A DNA stretch of 64,000 bases from Nitrospiraceae bacterium. Its GTDB lineage: Bacteria; Nitrospirota; Thermodesulfovibrionia; UBA6902. A program made the position numbers and the translations under genes. The notes under the pieces are model-generated. The model saw nothing but the letters and a program-made list of their open reading frames with translations. It did not search any database and had not been told where the DNA came from. Numbering within the stretch: position 1 is the first letter of the stretch; every line of letters starts with the position of its first letter. This document shows, one piece after another, positions 55,287 through 63,899 of this stretch. Location: assembly GCA_003599275.1 (NCBI GenBank), contig QZJG01000004.1, positions 87 through 64,086 on the forward strand, in the 5' to 3' direction.

Positions 55287-56144
55287 TTATCTCTTGGGTA
55301 TATCGCCTACACCGATAAACGGCACTGCTCCGCCTCCCGTAACCTGGGGCAGGATACCGTTCCATTTATCTATGGCCTTCAGGTTTGCCTCTATTTTTCT
55401 AAGCTCTATAAGATCTTCTGAAATATTTGCTTTCTGCAGCCTCAGGGACTCTGCCTCCGCCCTGGCTGCTGTAACCGTCTGCTCTGCCTCTATCTTTATC
55501 CTGTCGAGGTCTCTCTTTGCCTTTAGCGCAAGCTGCTCTGCCGTCTGCTTTGACTCAATGGCTTCCATAAATATCTTGGAGAAGCTGAAACCTACGATAG
55601 AAAATGCATCAACTGCTATGTTGTGCGCCAAAAGTCTGTCAGCAAGGTTTGCCCTCATTGCCTCGCTTACCGCCGGTCTCTTTGTGATAAGCTCTTCCGC
55701 CGTATATTTGGCTGTCACGGCCTTTACCACCTCCTGCACCGCAGGGTCTATGATCCGCTCTTTAAATTCCATGCCGATAGACTGATAGACGATATTGGCC
55801 TTATCCGGAATTATATGATAGTTAAGCGCAACCTCTGAGCTCACCTCCTGAAGGTCGGACGATGAAGCAGCGGCATTTGTTAAAGATTTCTGGACCTTAA
55901 CATCCATTATTGCAACTTTCTGCATTACAGGCGTCCTGAAATGCAGCCCCTCTCCAAGCACGTTCTCCTGGACCGCGCCGAAATTAAGGACTACTCCCCT
56001 TTCGCCTGCCCCGATCTGGACCCATGGATTCAGAAACAGGAAAAACACAAGAACTGCCATAATAATCAGCGCCAGCCTCATGGGCCCCTTCTTCATCGCA
56101 GAATGCATGGCCTCTTTTGCCATATAAATATCTCTTTCATCCAT
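55287..56144 (-). CDS. SPFH/band-7 (prohibitin-like) membrane protein
   Basis: N-terminal TM segment, PHB-domain pattern (GERGVVLNFGAV...GLHFRTPVMQKV...), and a coiled-coil C-terminus. AAGGAGG lies 6 nt upstream of the ATG. Confidence 0.9.
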   Translation of the reverse strand: MDERDIYMAKEAMHSAMKKGPMRLALIIMAVLVFFLFLNPWVQIGAGERGVVLNFGAVQENVLGEGLHFRTPVMQKVAIMDVKVQKSLTNAAASSSDLQEVSSEVALNYHIIPDKANIVYQSIGMEFKERIIDPAVQEVVKAVTAKYTAEELITKRPAVSEAMRANLADRLLAHNIAVDAFSIVGFSFSKIFMEAIESKQTAEQLALKAKRDLDRIKIEAEQTVTAARAEAESLRLQKANISEDLIELRKIEANLKAIDKWNGILPQVTGGGAVPFIGVGDIPKR

Positions 56145-56308
56145 TTACTTCCTCCTTTACTGGACCCGTGACCGTTGTCCATGTCCGTACTTTTTTACGG
56201 GCACGTTAACCGGACACGATTCACGTCTAATTGTTTATTACTTCTTCAATTCCTTCTCTCACGAATATAAACCGTCCTTGAGAAGGACAAAGGCCTTCTA
56301 TCTGCGTG

Positions 56309-57559
56309 TTACAGCTCATCCCTACGTCCATTATCCATCATTCTTTCCGCTAATGCAAAAGCCACGGGATTGATCGATGCAAGCTGATTGTCCATTCTGC
56401 TTTTTAATTTCCTGAAGCTGACCATAAGAGATTTCGGTATAGGGTCGCCTTTCGGCCATTTTACGGCAAGTGGATTAACAGGCTTATTATTGACCCTGAC
56501 CTCAAAGTGGAGATGCGGGCCGGTTGAGAGTCCCGAGTTGCCCACATTGCCGATGACCTGCCCCTGATCGACATTTCTCCCTGTCCTGATATTTTTTGCA
56601 ATCTTGGCCAGGTGGCCGTAATACGTTTCATATCCGTTTCGATGCCTTATCACTATAAGTTTGCCGTATCCCCCCTTATACCCGGTAAATACGACCTCCC
56701 CGTCTCCGATGGCTGATACCGGCGTCCATACCGGGGCCGAATAATCAAGGCCGTGGTGCGGCCTGTAGACCTTCAGTATCGGGTGGAGCCTCCTTCCGGA
56801 ATAATAAGAGCTTATCCGCCTGAAGTTTAACGGCGCTTTCAAAAAGGCCTTTTTCAATGACTTGCCGTCAGCGTCATAATATCCTGCCTTACCGTTATTT
56901 TCGAACCGGTAGGCGAGAAATACTTTATCATTATTATTAAATTCGGCAGAGAGTATATTGCCGAACTTTTTGAGCTCCCCGGCAAGATAAAGCCCCTCGA
57001 CGACGACTTTGAAAGCGTCATCCGTTCTCAGGTCTGTCGAGAAATCAATGTCCCATGCAAAGATGTCTGAAAGCCGGAGCGCCAGCATGAGATTTTCCCT
57101 GCCTTCGCCGACAGAGGAAATGAGATTGTCTTTTATTGTCCCGCCTATGTGCTCAACTCTTGTTTCATACTCAATGGGGACTTTTTCAGCGGCGAATCCC
57201 GTATCTTTACGGGTGACTTCAAGTACGCCCTCATCATCGATCCAGTAGGACAGGGAGTTAACGCGATTGTCCGTGTCTACGGAGATTTTATATTGCTTCC
57301 CGGGTCGCACCTTTCTCAAACGGTGAACGTCGGCGGCAGCCTCTCTGATTTCAAACAGCTCGGCGAGATCAAGCCCGTACTGCTTGAAGACCTCAAAAAA
57401 TGTCTCCCCCCTTTTTATAGTCCCGTTTATCTCCCGTGATGTTTCTGTTTTCGCAGGCTCTCTATTTATTTCCTTTTTGACATCTTTCACGTCGCGAAAG
57501 TGGACAAGCATTAATGTTGCTGCAATCAAGAAAATGGCGGCCGCAAACAGTTTCTTCAT
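56309..57559 (-). CDS. M23 family metallopeptidase (murein DD-endopeptidase-like)
   Basis: HHGLDYSAP (HxxxD) and GPHLHFEV (HxH). I preferred the ATG at 57559, which has AAGGAGG 5 nt upstream, over the TTG at 57577 in the track. Confidence 0.87.
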   Translation of the reverse strand: MKKLFAAAIFLIAATLMLVHFRDVKDVKKEINREPAKTETSREINGTIKRGETFFEVFKQYGLDLAELFEIREAAADVHRLRKVRPGKQYKISVDTDNRVNSLSYWIDDEGVLEVTRKDTGFAAEKVPIEYETRVEHIGGTIKDNLISSVGEGRENLMLALRLSDIFAWDIDFSTDLRTDDAFKVVVEGLYLAGELKKFGNILSAEFNNNDKVFLAYRFENNGKAGYYDADGKSLKKAFLKAPLNFRRISSYYSGRRLHPILKVYRPHHGLDYSAPVWTPVSAIGDGEVVFTGYKGGYGKLIVIRHRNGYETYYGHLAKIAKNIRTGRNVDQGQVIGNVGNSGLSTGPHLHFEVRVNNKPVNPLAVKWPKGDPIPKSLMVSFRKLKSRMDNQLASINPVAFALAERMMDNGRRDEL

Positions 57560-57586
57560 GATACCTCCTTCAAGCAAAAATACTTC

Positions 57587-57703
57587 TTACAGCTTTTTCA
57601 GCTTTCTTCTCAGGATTGCCGATTCAACGTAATGTTTAATCAATATGAACATGGCTGAAATCAGTATGCTGATTATCCTGGCTATCTTCCTGACTGTATT
57701 CAT
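57587..57703 (-). CDS. Possible 38-aa single-TM small protein
   Basis: My translation is MNTVRKIARIISILISAMFILIKHYVESAILRRKLKKL*. GGAGAGAG lies 6 nt upstream, and the stop is 27 nt before the M23 start. It is below the ORF-track size cutoff. Confidence 0.3.
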   Translation of the reverse strand: MNTVRKIARIISILISAMFILIKHYVESAILRRKLKKL

Positions 57704-57762
57704 GATGGACTCTCTCCAATGGTCTCCGGGAAGTCTGTGGCCTTCATTTCAGCCAAAAAATC

Positions 57763-58329
57763 TTACTTATTAACGACAAAATGCGCCCTTCTGTTCTTCT
57801 GCCGGCAGGATTCATTCTGTTCGGTGCAAAGAGGTTTTTCTTCACCGTAAGTCACAAAACTCATTCTCCCGGAAGAGATGCCGAGGGAGGAGAGATAATC
57901 CCTCACTGCCTTTGCCCTTCTATCGCCGAGCGCAAGGTTGTATTCATTTGTCCCCCTTTCATCACAGTGCCCTTCGATTACGACATTGATATTTTTGTTC
58001 TTTTTAAGCCATTCGGCAGTTGAGTCAAGCGCTGTCCCGGCATCCTGCCTTATGTTGTATTTGTCGTAATCAAACAGGACGTCTTTAAATTCAAAAGTGT
58101 CCTTTTTTTCTGCCTGGGCCGGAATATCCATTGCCTTTACGTCTGATGCCGGCACTTGCCTGTCTTCCGGCATTTTCGTTTCTTCTGTTTTTGACAGGGC
58201 AGTATCTTTTTGTTCTGCAGAAGACTTCACGGGCTGTGACGGTTCCACACGTGTCATCTTCTTTTGTGAACAGGCGGCAAATATAAGTACGCCCGTCAGC
58301 AGCAGTATCAGTATCAATGCTTTTTTCAT
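57763..58329 (-). CDS. pal: Peptidoglycan-associated lipoprotein (OmpA-family C-terminal domain)
   Basis: Lipobox LIFAAC after MKKALILILLLTG (ATG at 58329), and OmpA_C signature FDYDKYNIRQDA...NEYNLALGDRRA. The track ORF extends to 58428 across a repeat copy. Confidence 0.85.
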   Translation of the reverse strand: MKKALILILLLTGVLIFAACSQKKMTRVEPSQPVKSSAEQKDTALSKTEETKMPEDRQVPASDVKAMDIPAQAEKKDTFEFKDVLFDYDKYNIRQDAGTALDSTAEWLKKNKNINVVIEGHCDERGTNEYNLALGDRRAKAVRDYLSSLGISSGRMSFVTYGEEKPLCTEQNESCRQKNRRAHFVVNK

Positions 58330-58380
58330 ATAACCCTCCTGAATATTTCTTGTGATTTTCATAAATTCAGATTTTGCGCC

Positions 58381-58428
58381 GTCATTCATTTTATAAAACC
58401 TGGATGCCCGCCTGCGCGAGCATGACAC
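58381..58428. repeat. Partial/degenerate copy C of the GGAATCCAG-family element
   Basis: GTCATTCA...CCTGGATGCCCGCctgcGCGaGCATGAC keeps the GTCAT/ATGAC ends and one CTGGAT-hairpin arm. Confidence 0.35.
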
Positions 58429-58470
58429 CGCTTAGTATAGAAGCAAACTTGTCCGTAAGGGATTATTGGA

Positions 58471-58935
58471 TCAGGAAAGAAACGGCGGTGAGATGCCCGA
58501 AACCGAGAGATAAGAGCCTGTCCGGCACTCAGGTTTTGTGTCCTGGTATGACAAGGTGAAGAAGTTCTGAGGAAAGGTATTGTCGTTGTAATCGAATTCA
58601 GCGGGTTTCGACGGTGTCGGTTTAACAATGTTGTTTGAGCTAACTAAAGCACGCGCCTTCTTTATCAGAAGCTGAACATTGGGCTGGTTGCTCCCGGCGT
58701 CTTCAGGGGTGAGATGTTTTGAAAGTATTAATTCCCATATAACGCGGACACTTTTTGTATTGAGATTCGCCTGATAAACACTCGCGCCGGGTAGTCCGTC
58801 TTCCGTGTAACAAATGGGCGACAGGAGATAGAGAAGAAAATAGACCGAAAACAGAGATGCGATGATACGTCTTCTGTAAAACAACATTGTTGTTTTTAGC
58901 ATATGTAAGACGTAGAATGCAACCCTGATGGTCAT
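58471..58935 (-). CDS. Hypothetical membrane-anchored protein, translationally coupled to the GpgS-like gene
   Basis: The ATG at 58935 forms an ATGA overlap with the upstream stop. It has one N-terminal TM segment (IIASLFSVYFLLYLLSPI). No family recognised. Confidence 0.5.
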   Translation of the reverse strand: MTIRVAFYVLHMLKTTMLFYRRRIIASLFSVYFLLYLLSPICYTEDGLPGASVYQANLNTKSVRVIWELILSKHLTPEDAGSNQPNVQLLIKKARALVSSNNIVKPTPSKPAEFDYNDNTFPQNFFTLSYQDTKPECRTGSYLSVSGISPPFLS

Positions 58936-60140
58936 TTGTTGTCCTCTTCCACCGCCTTCTTCAACATGCCGAGGATATCCGGTATCGCCGAGGTCACTCT
59001 GTCCCAACTGGCAATAAGCGGCACACCGAGCGGGTCCTCTGTAATTATCTCAGCGGCTTTTTTTATCCCTTTAGTGAATGTGTCTACCGCAAGGCTCTCC
59101 TCGTGCCGGTCAAAAAGCAACCCATTGATCGCGGCATCGTCCTCATATCGTTTGAGCATGTCCTGCGCCGTCCTCACATAGGTTGCAACCAGTGTCTTAA
59201 AGAAGCCTTCCGAGAACACTATGCCTTCAGACGCAAGTGTTCTGAAGATGGATTTGCATATATCCACACACATCTTGTTAAGTCCTTTTGTAGCATCTTC
59301 CGGAGACAGGACCTGATGCTTATGTTCATAATTTTCAGCTATATCAACCTGGCAGACCCTTCTCAATGAAGTGTTTCTATACACCTCTGCAAGAACTCCG
59401 ACTTCAAGCCCCCAATCACCCGGTATCTTATTCACCCTTGCCATATCAATATCCATAGAAAATTCCCCGGCGAGCGGATATCGGAAACTGTCAAAGAATG
59501 CAAGAAGCGGGTGATAACCGATGATCTTGTGTATTGACCTAATCAGGGGTGTAACAAGGAGTCTTGTCGCACGTCCATGAAGCCTGTCTGAGACCCTGCT
59601 GTAGAACCCTTTGCAGAAATCATAGTCGAGGTTCGGATTTGTGACCGGATAACAAAGACGCGCAAGCAGGTCTCTGGTATAAGTAGTAATATCACAATCA
59701 TGAAGCGCAATAACATGAAAATCCTGCTGAGCAAGAACATATCCGTAAGCCATCCATGCAGACCTTCCTTTACCCGGTTCGCCTGTAGGCAATCCTGCTT
59801 CTTCAATCGCTTTGTACACGGAGCTCATGTTATCACCCGAATTCCAGATAATGGATGTCTTCTGTGGAAGTCCCGCAAAAAATTTCTTTGCGTACTTGAA
59901 TTCTGCATCTGAGGCAGGCCCAAGGGCCACGACAATCTCGCGGACATACTTTGCCTCTTTCAGCTCACGCACGATACCTTTTAATGCGTCTCCCTCAAGC
60001 TCGCTGTAAAGGGACGGAAGAACAAGGGCGATCGGCCGTTCGTGCGCATACCATGTCAGCTCGGATTCGATCTTCTCAAGATTCAGCATGCCCAGTCTGT
60101 GAAAAGTGGCGACTACGCCTGTTTGATAAAAGTCGGACAT
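58932..60140 (-). CDS. gpgS: Glucosyl-3-phosphoglycerate synthase-like glycosyltransferase (GT81-type)
   Basis: MSDFYQTGVVATFHRL N-terminus, GKGRSAWMAYGY, ALHDCD (DxD), RATRLLVTPL and YPLAGEF, matching the GpgS/MpgS-type signature. AGGAGG lies upstream of the ATG. Confidence 0.72.
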   Translation of the reverse strand: MSDFYQTGVVATFHRLGMLNLEKIESELTWYAHERPIALVLPSLYSELEGDALKGIVRELKEAKYVREIVVALGPASDAEFKYAKKFFAGLPQKTSIIWNSGDNMSSVYKAIEEAGLPTGEPGKGRSAWMAYGYVLAQQDFHVIALHDCDITTYTRDLLARLCYPVTNPNLDYDFCKGFYSRVSDRLHGRATRLLVTPLIRSIHKIIGYHPLLAFFDSFRYPLAGEFSMDIDMARVNKIPGDWGLEVGVLAEVYRNTSLRRVCQVDIAENYEHKHQVLSPEDATKGLNKMCVDICKSIFRTLASEGIVFSEGFFKTLVATYVRTAQDMLKRYEDDAAINGLLFDRHEESLAVDTFTKGIKKAAEIITEDPLGVPLIASWDRVTSAIPDILGMLKKAVEEDNK

Positions 60141-60220
60141 CTTGCACCTCCTGAAAAATTAAATTTAAACACAGAAATTACAGAGGAGAAATCGGGCTGT
60201 AGATTTATAATGGTAGTAAC

Positions 60221-60249
60221 AGTATAAATGCTGAAGCGTTTACGGTCAA
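60221..60249 (-). promoter_or_regulatory. Near-consensus sigma70-type promoter upstream of the GpgS-like gene
   Basis: Minus strand: TTGACC (60249-60244), 17-bp spacer, TATACT (60226-60221), ~80 nt upstream of the ATG at 60140. Confidence 0.5.
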
Positions 60250-60301
60250 GAAAAATTCCTCATCAGCTTATGCCGCATGTTTAACAACCTCATCAAACAC
60301 C

Positions 60302-62413
60302 TCAATGCGTATGCCTCGCCGACATGGGCTGGCCGAGAATGAATACATTTACGATCATAAGAATGACCGCAAGCGCCGCCATAGGCAGAAATGCTTTTAA
60401 GGCCTTCTCGTTGTAATACCGAACAGCTATCCTGTAACCGGCATAGAGAGAGAAAATATTCAGTACTATAAACGTGGCCATCTGGAGCCAGAATATGGAT
60501 TCATCTCCCAAAAGCGGCGTCACGCTCCAGTCAGGTTCGCCCAGATCCATGCCGGTATATTCATTCAGCGTTCGCTGAACAGCAGGCACGATTTGCGGGC
60601 CTTCCTTGAAAAGATGACTGATGTTGTGAGCAAGGTGCATTGAAAGCCCGACTGGAATAAACATGTATGCGAACTGCACAAATGTTTCTTTGAAGCTCAG
60701 GGGCGGTCCGGGCGCTGTGGCCCTTCTCACAATCATTGCGGTCACGGCAAGAAGCAAAGACGGGACAATCAACGAGCCGATTGTAAGCGCGGTCAATGAG
60801 GTTATCTTCTCGATGCTCGCATGTGACGCAATGCCCAGGGCGCTAAACGGTAGCAATCCGCCAAGTGCATCCATCCACCTGTGCCAGGGCCCCACCATTT
60901 CACCTGTAAGGACAATGGTTATTCCCACAAGCGTCATCGCAAGATAGGCCTCATCCATGTAGCCTTTAGCGGCAAACCACAGGTCTTTTGCAAAGCTCCT
61001 GAAACGGATGACGATGTTGTCCTGGGAGCAGGACTTTATGCATTCGCTGCAGAAGTTGCAGTAGTTGTTCCTGTCGAGCGTCATAGGCGTCTGAAACATA
61101 GGGCACGGATAGCTGTGTTCCGTCCCTTTGATGCATTCCCTGACCTTATGCCGTCTGCACACGTCAAGACATTTGTTCCTGAGTTCAACAGGACTGAACA
61201 TGGAGTAAATTCCTATCAGCCCGCCGATGGGGCATACATACCGGCAGAAGGCCCTCCCTTTATAAATAACTGCAATGCCGACGGCTGTGACGAAGAGGCC
61301 GAGAAGGATGTACGCCGTAAGAGCCGGTTTGTTCACGATGCCGCTGTAACTGTCCCACCATGTAAGACCGAAGAACAGGAAACTGGACAGCCAGACATTT
61401 CTTACTGGTTTCGGGAAGTCTTTATTGAAAGTGAATACCCTCTGTATCCAGTCCTGCAGCGCGCCGTAAGGGCACATCATACACCATATCCTGCCGAAAA
61501 ATACAAAGGTGAAGATGATCCCGGCCCACCAGACGGTCCACATCAGGAGTGTGGCGATATTCCTGTCGCCCATTTGGACATCAAAAAGTCCGGCGATGAT
61601 AATGATAATGAAAAACACAAGCATCGGTATCTGGAATAAAGGCTGAAACCACGATGACTTCAGAAACCGCTTTACCGAAGGGATGTCGAGGATGTTCATC
61701 TTCTGCCCGATGCTGATATTCAGCGCTTTTCGTTTTGCGAGTATCCATGCGCCTGTCAATCCGCTGAACAAAATGATCCCCATGATAAAGAGCATGTTAT
61801 ACTGACGCGCCTTTGAAGCCTTTTTATAAACGAAGCTCCCACCGTATACGAGAGGCTCCGCAAACTTCCTTCCGTCAAGCGCTTTCAAGGCAATCGTGAA
61901 TGCATACTCTCCTTTATCCGGCAGAGGATAACTCACCGCATAAGTCCCTGCCTTCTGCTGCGGTTGAAGCTTTTTGAACATGCCTAAGTCGGTCCCCGTC
62001 GTCATCTGCGGGGATTCGCCGAAATCAAGCCCGTCATCGGCGGCAATATTCTCAGTTGACGGCTTGGGCATTGTATGGCCTGTATGCGCTGAATGGATGT
62101 CCTCCTTCCCTGTTCGCTCAAGGAGAATATAAATCTCCGCATCAAGCACGGGAGTTCCGGTCATATAATTTGTCAGCTCCAGCGTGACATCCGGCGCTTT
62201 CCCTTTGACATAAGTAGCAGGGGCGACTTCCATTATTACATTTGCAATGTCGAGGCGGAATTGAAGGGATGCATGTCCGGATTCATGGGCTCCGGAGGCG
62301 AAAGATGAAGTGACGGTCAACAGCACGCAGAATACAAACAGAAATATAAGGGCGAATTTATGCCGAAACCCATGACCCAGCCCTTGCCCCCTATTTTTTC
62401 TTGAACATCTCAT
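60302..62413 (-). CDS. Polyferredoxin-type integral membrane protein (NapH/NosR/CcoG-like 4Fe-4S) with an N-terminal His-rich periplasmic Ig-like domain
   Basis: CMMCPYG, CRYVCPIGG, CLDVC...C...CP and CNFCSECIKSC cysteine motifs, with more than 10 TM segments. The N-terminal domain after the signal has HESGH and HSAHTGH. Confidence 0.8.
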   Translation of the reverse strand: MRCSRKNRGQGLGHGFRHKFALIFLFVFCVLLTVTSSFASGAHESGHASLQFRLDIANVIMEVAPATYVKGKAPDVTLELTNYMTGTPVLDAEIYILLERTGKEDIHSAHTGHTMPKPSTENIAADDGLDFGESPQMTTGTDLGMFKKLQPQQKAGTYAVSYPLPDKGEYAFTIALKALDGRKFAEPLVYGGSFVYKKASKARQYNMLFIMGIILFSGLTGAWILAKRKALNISIGQKMNILDIPSVKRFLKSSWFQPLFQIPMLVFFIIIIIAGLFDVQMGDRNIATLLMWTVWWAGIIFTFVFFGRIWCMMCPYGALQDWIQRVFTFNKDFPKPVRNVWLSSFLFFGLTWWDSYSGIVNKPALTAYILLGLFVTAVGIAVIYKGRAFCRYVCPIGGLIGIYSMFSPVELRNKCLDVCRRHKVRECIKGTEHSYPCPMFQTPMTLDRNNYCNFCSECIKSCSQDNIVIRFRSFAKDLWFAAKGYMDEAYLAMTLVGITIVLTGEMVGPWHRWMDALGGLLPFSALGIASHASIEKITSLTALTIGSLIVPSLLLAVTAMIVRRATAPGPPLSFKETFVQFAYMFIPVGLSMHLAHNISHLFKEGPQIVPAVQRTLNEYTGMDLGEPDWSVTPLLGDESIFWLQMATFIVLNIFSLYAGYRIAVRYYNEKALKAFLPMAALAVILMIVNVFILGQPMSARHTH

Positions 62414-62954
62414 TGATGATCAGCAACCCCCTCTTTGCGCCCGAGGCTATGGCCTGTGCGGTTTTCTCTTCAGGCGCAGGGAATGAAATGTCCCTGCCCG
62501 TTTTAAAAGGGTCATCGCCCTTTTTCCCCGCAAACTGTTCAAAAAATACCGGTTGTCTTATGCTCTCCGCCTCGTAGTTCTCAAATATCAGGACTTTTCC
62601 AAGAATTCCCTTCCCGCTTACGACAAGCCCCATCTCGATCTTTCCGCCTTTGCCGTATGCGTCAATGAACATTATAGCAGCCGCCTTTTTGAGAGGCGCG
62701 CCAGAACCACTTCTCATTATTGCAAGATAAATTGAGGGCTGGAGATCTTCTTCAGGAAGCTTGCTTCCCAGCGCATCTTCAATATTTTTGCGCTGCGCAT
62801 CGGAAACATACAGGTTTTTCTGCTCGAAGCTTTCAGCCGCCGGGAACAAGGCCTTGAGTTTTTCCCCCGGCCATTCGAGGTCATGCCCGTAATTTTCAGA
62901 GGGACATAAAATTATCATCCCTAATATGAGAATGAGTGATTTCAACGTCCTCAT
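62391..62954 (-). CDS. Periplasmic FMN-binding (FMN_bind, NosR/RnfG-like) domain protein
   Basis: Signal peptide MRTLKSLILILGMIILC from the ATG at 62954 (the track starts at GTG 63005). AYGKGGKIEMGLVVSGKGILGKVLIF...FEQFAGK follows the FMN_bind pattern. Its stop overlaps the downstream polyferredoxin gene by 23 nt. Confidence 0.7.
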   Translation of the reverse strand: MRTLKSLILILGMIILCPSENYGHDLEWPGEKLKALFPAAESFEQKNLYVSDAQRKNIEDALGSKLPEEDLQPSIYLAIMRSGSGAPLKKAAAIMFIDAYGKGGKIEMGLVVSGKGILGKVLIFENYEAESIRQPVFFEQFAGKKGDDPFKTGRDISFPAPEEKTAQAIASGAKRGLLIINEMFKKK

Positions 62955-63017
62955 ACTATATATGATAGCGGAGCTATTTGAATATCTTGTGAATCCGTAC
63001 CGCACTTCTCCTTTCTC

Positions 63018-63045
63018 TTGACGAACAGCTTATGTTTGCTACACT
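63018..63045 (+). promoter_or_regulatory. Putative promoter for the DUF72 gene
   Basis: TTGACG (63018-63023), 16-bp spacer, TACACT (63040-63045). It is followed by an 8-bp hairpin CCCTGCGG/CCGCAGGG (63070-63091) in the leader. Confidence 0.3.
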
Positions 63046-63140
63046 TTAAAATGAACAGCGAGCGTATTCCCCTGCGGGCTCTGCCGCAGGGAAGATCAAT
63101 GACTCTTAAGGAAGGCAACAGTTGTAATGGACCGTAAAAC

Positions 63141-63899
63141 ATGAAAATCCATGTCGGTACAAGCGGGTATGGTTACAAGGAATGGAAAGGGAAATTCTAT
63201 CCTGAGAAGATATCTCCGAAAGAAATGCTTCGCTTCTATTCGGAACGCCTCAGAACGGTAGAGATCAATAATACCTTTTACCACATGCCAACAGAGGGGG
63301 TCCTCTCTTCATGGTCGGAACAGGTCCCCGGTGATTTCATTTTCGCATTCAAAGCGCCCCAGGTCATAACGCACCTGAAGCGGTTGAGAAATGCGGACGT
63401 GGAAACGGAGTACCTCTTCAGGACGCTGTCGGTCCTCGGAGGGAAATTGGGGCCGGTCCTCTTTCAGTTCCCCGGGAGTTTTCATGCGGACTACCCTGCG
63501 CTGAAAGAGTTTATCGATCTGATTCCCGATATGTCCTGCGCATTCGAGTTCCGCCACCCATCATGGCAAGATGCTGCAATCCTTGAGCTCCTTCGTGAAA
63601 GAGGACACAGCCTGTGCATCGCGGACACTGATGAGAATCCGGCAAGCGGGATCATCAGTACGGCGGTATGGGGATACCTGCGACTGCGCCGTTCCGATTA
63701 TACGGATGCCGGTCTGTCGCAATGGATGGAAAAGATCCTTTCGCAAAAATGGAAGAAGGCCTTCGTTTTCTTTAAACACGAGGAAGAGGCCAAAGGGCCG
63801 GAAATGGCGATGCGTTTCCGTGAGCTTGCCGGTCCGAAGGCGAAGAACATTAAAGGTGATATTCCGGGACCATATTCAGGGGGAGACAAGGAACAATGA
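63141..63899 (+). CDS. DUF72 (YecE/UPF0759) family protein
   Basis: IHVGTSGYGYKEWKGKFYP...FYSERLRTVEINNTFY and FEFRHPSW are characteristic of DUF72. Confidence 0.85.
   Translation: MKIHVGTSGYGYKEWKGKFYPEKISPKEMLRFYSERLRTVEINNTFYHMPTEGVLSSWSEQVPGDFIFAFKAPQVITHLKRLRNADVETEYLFRTLSVLGGKLGPVLFQFPGSFHADYPALKEFIDLIPDMSCAFEFRHPSWQDAAILELLRERGHSLCIADTDENPASGIISTAVWGYLRLRRSDYTDAGLSQWMEKILSQKWKKAFVFFKHEEEAKGPEMAMRFRELAGPKAKNIKGDIPGPYSGGDKEQ

Noticed and set aside
58936-59007. Upstream extension of the 178-aa minus-strand ORF into the GpgS-like gene
   Set aside because: It overlaps the gpgS 3' end by 76 nt. The internal ATG at 58935 gives an ATGA stop/start coupling.
60881-61639. 252-aa plus-strand ORF inside the polyferredoxin gene
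   Set aside because: It is an antisense shadow ORF. The minus-strand frame carries all the Fe-S cysteine motifs and the TM helices.
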